Of a stretch of DNA of 64,000 nucleotides, positions 61,790 through 64,000 are shown in pieces. Under the pieces are notes generated by a model that did not search any database, was not told the DNA's origin, and saw nothing but the letters and a program-made list of their open reading frames with translations. Each line of letters begins with the position of its first letter. Positions within the stretch are counted from its first letter, which is position 1. The DNA is from Octopus sinensis (Eukaryota): positions 187,116,001-187,180,000 of the forward strand of contig NC_042997.1 of NCBI RefSeq assembly GCF_006345805.1, given 5' to 3'. The position numbers and the translations under genes were made by a program.

Positions 61790-62130
61790 TTTTTCTCATA
61801 TTTGGCCTCCTTAAATTTCTTTTTTTCTCTGTTTCATTTTGATATCTCTCTAATGGTTGTTCTCTGAGAATTACCTTCATTATTAGATCTCATACCTTCT
61901 GTTTCATTTTGATATTTTGTAGCTGACTTATTTTTAATTGCATTTTGTTAATTGTTTTCCTAATTGTATTTGTTCTTTTTTTGTGAGACACTGGAATGTC
62001 TTTGTCTATTTATTTCTCTTCTTATTTCTAATTGTTCTGGAGATAAGCTTGATTGCTGCCTTATTTTTTGTTCCTTCAATAATCTTCTCCTTTGAAGAAG
62101 AGTTTCCATAATGGGTAATTTAAAAGTGCA
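61790..62130 (-). mobile_element. Possible Helitron Rep N-terminal remnant
   Basis: METLLQRRRLLKEQKIRQQSSLSPEQLEIRREINRQRH plus two YQNETE motifs, similar to charged Helitron N-terminal repeats. No Rep or helicase motifs present. Confidence 0.3.
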
Positions 62131-62789
62131 AACATACACATACACAGATATACCAAAGCATGCACACACACATACCCACACACATACGAATTGGAAATAC
62201 CATTTTTGATATCAAAATGATTTCAGTTGGCAAGCTGCGGCCATGCTGGAGCACTGCCTTTAGTCGAGCAAATTGGCCCCAGGACTTATTCTTTGTAAGC
62301 CCAGTACTTATTCTATCGGTCTCTTTTGTGGAATCGCTAAGTTACGGAGACGTAAACACACCAGCATCGGTTGTCAAGCGATGTTGTGGGGACAAACACA
62401 GACACAGAAACATTTACACACACACACATATGCATATATATATATTCATATATATGACAGGGACATGCTTCTTTCAGTTTCCGTCTACCAAATCCACTCA
62501 CAAAGCTTTGGTCAGCCCAAGGCTATAGTAGAAGACACTTGCCCAAGGTGCCACGCAGTTGGACTGAACCCGGAACCACTTGGTTCGTAAGCAAGCTACT
62601 TACCACACAGCTACTCCTGCACCTATGTTTCAAAGACACACTGTTTCTTTCTGTAACTGGAATTGTTGTTGTTGTAATGGTGAATGTAAAATTATCTTTG
62701 TCTGTGATGTTGGTATTGATGATGATGATGATGATGTCAGTGCTACTATCACTGTTGGTATTAGCAGCTACATTGGTGGATATAAACAG

Positions 62790-62900
62790 TGATAGCTATC
62801 AGGATGATAAATAGGATGATAATAATGGTGATGATGATGATGATGATGATGGTGATGGTGATAGTGATGGTGATGTTGATGATGATGATGATAATAATGG

Positions 62901-62931
<31 letters not shown>

Positions 62932-62941
62932 AATGGTGATG

Positions 62942-62972
<31 letters not shown>

Positions 62973-63350
62973 TGATGGTGATGATGATGATGATGATGAT
63001 AATAATGGTGATGATGATGATGATAATAATGATGATGTTGATGATGATGAAGATGATGATAATAATGATGATGTTGATGATGATTATGATGATAATGGTG
63101 ATGTTGATGATGATGATGATGATAATTATGGTGATGTTGATGATGATGATGATGATGATGATAATAATGGTGATGTTGATGATGATGATGATAATGGTGA
63201 TGTTGATGATGATGATGATAATTATGGTGATGTTGATGATGATGATGATAGTAATGGTGATGTTGCTGATGACGATGATGATAACGATGATGCCAATGAT
63301 GGTGATGGTGATGGTGATGATGACAATGACGGCAGTAGCAGTGTTTAGCT
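62790..63350. repeat. (GAT)n array with recurrent ATAATGGTGATGTTGATG higher-order variants
   Basis: Direct inspection. Confidence 0.95.
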
Positions 63351-63725
63351 GATGACAGCGATTACAAAGATTGTTGCAATGATGCTAAAAATGTAGTAAT
63401 TTACATTTTCTCATAATTTAATCAGGACAATGTCAAAACCAAGTCTTTATCTGAAGCATTTAAAATTTCTTGATATTTTACAGCATTTTTAACAATATTA
63501 GTCTACATCTTTGCATTTGATAGATGAAATTTTATCTACATCTATATAAATTTTAAATGAATAATTAAATTTTTTTTAACATTAATTTTTTTTTTTTTGT
63601 TTTTTGATAACCTTATATGACTTTAGTTTATTTTGATTTCTAATCTGATATCTGAAATTTCAAAAACCACTCCTCTTAATTTAAGTATTTTATAATAAAC
63701 ACTGACAGTTCAGCAAGTTTTATAG

Positions 63726-63791
<66 letters not shown>

Positions 63792-63834
63792 AACAATAGG
63801 AGAGACCACTAAGTGGACCCCTTGTATGCTAGAA

Positions 63835-64000
63835 ATAGACATCAACAGCTACAAGAGGAAAGGTGATGCTTTAGATAGAAATAACAACAGGAGTATCAAA
63901 TTATTGGATCAGGTGATGAAAGTTACAGAGTGAGTCATAGCCCAACTAATTAGGGAGAGATTTAGCCTAGATGAGATGCAGTTTGGTTTTGTGCCAGGCA
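63835..64000 (+). mobile_element. RTE RT-domain fragment running off the window edge
   Basis: YKRKGDALDRNNNRSIKLLDQVMKVTE*VIAQLIRERFSLDEMQFGFVPG. Confidence 0.9.

Noticed and set aside
62789-63352. 187 aa poly-Met ORF
   Set aside because: (GAT)n array.

Overview
This is AT-rich, repeat-dense eukaryotic DNA, not prokaryotic. The repeat families, (GAT)n-tailed RTE LINEs and microsatellite load resemble a coleoid cephalopod, probably Octopus (recalled, not searched). No host gene could be firmly identified; only a few isolated candidate exons were seen. There is no rRNA, genuine tRNA or CRISPR array. The only convincing long ORF is an intact RTE-clade LINE (22820-25942, minus strand; APE endonuclease, RT and a PHD-type C4HC3 finger). 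It sits inside an older RLE-type LINE, whose two halves define a ~6 kb insertion that includes a 2 kb 5' region built of tandem monomers. Other elements include a second, frameshifted RTE copy and older RTE fragments, R4/Dong-like fragments, one mariner and two Tc1 remnants, piggyBac-type MITEs and several tRNA-headed SINE families. The most interesting signals are two canonical minimal type I hammerhead ribozyme folds (40128-40170 plus, 43405-43494 minus) and one decayed copy; a strongly C-depleted duplicated element next to the first hammerhead; a 355 bp inverted duplication; and a palindromic repeat family with complementary deletions. Repeat boundaries were read by eye and may be off by 10-30 bp.
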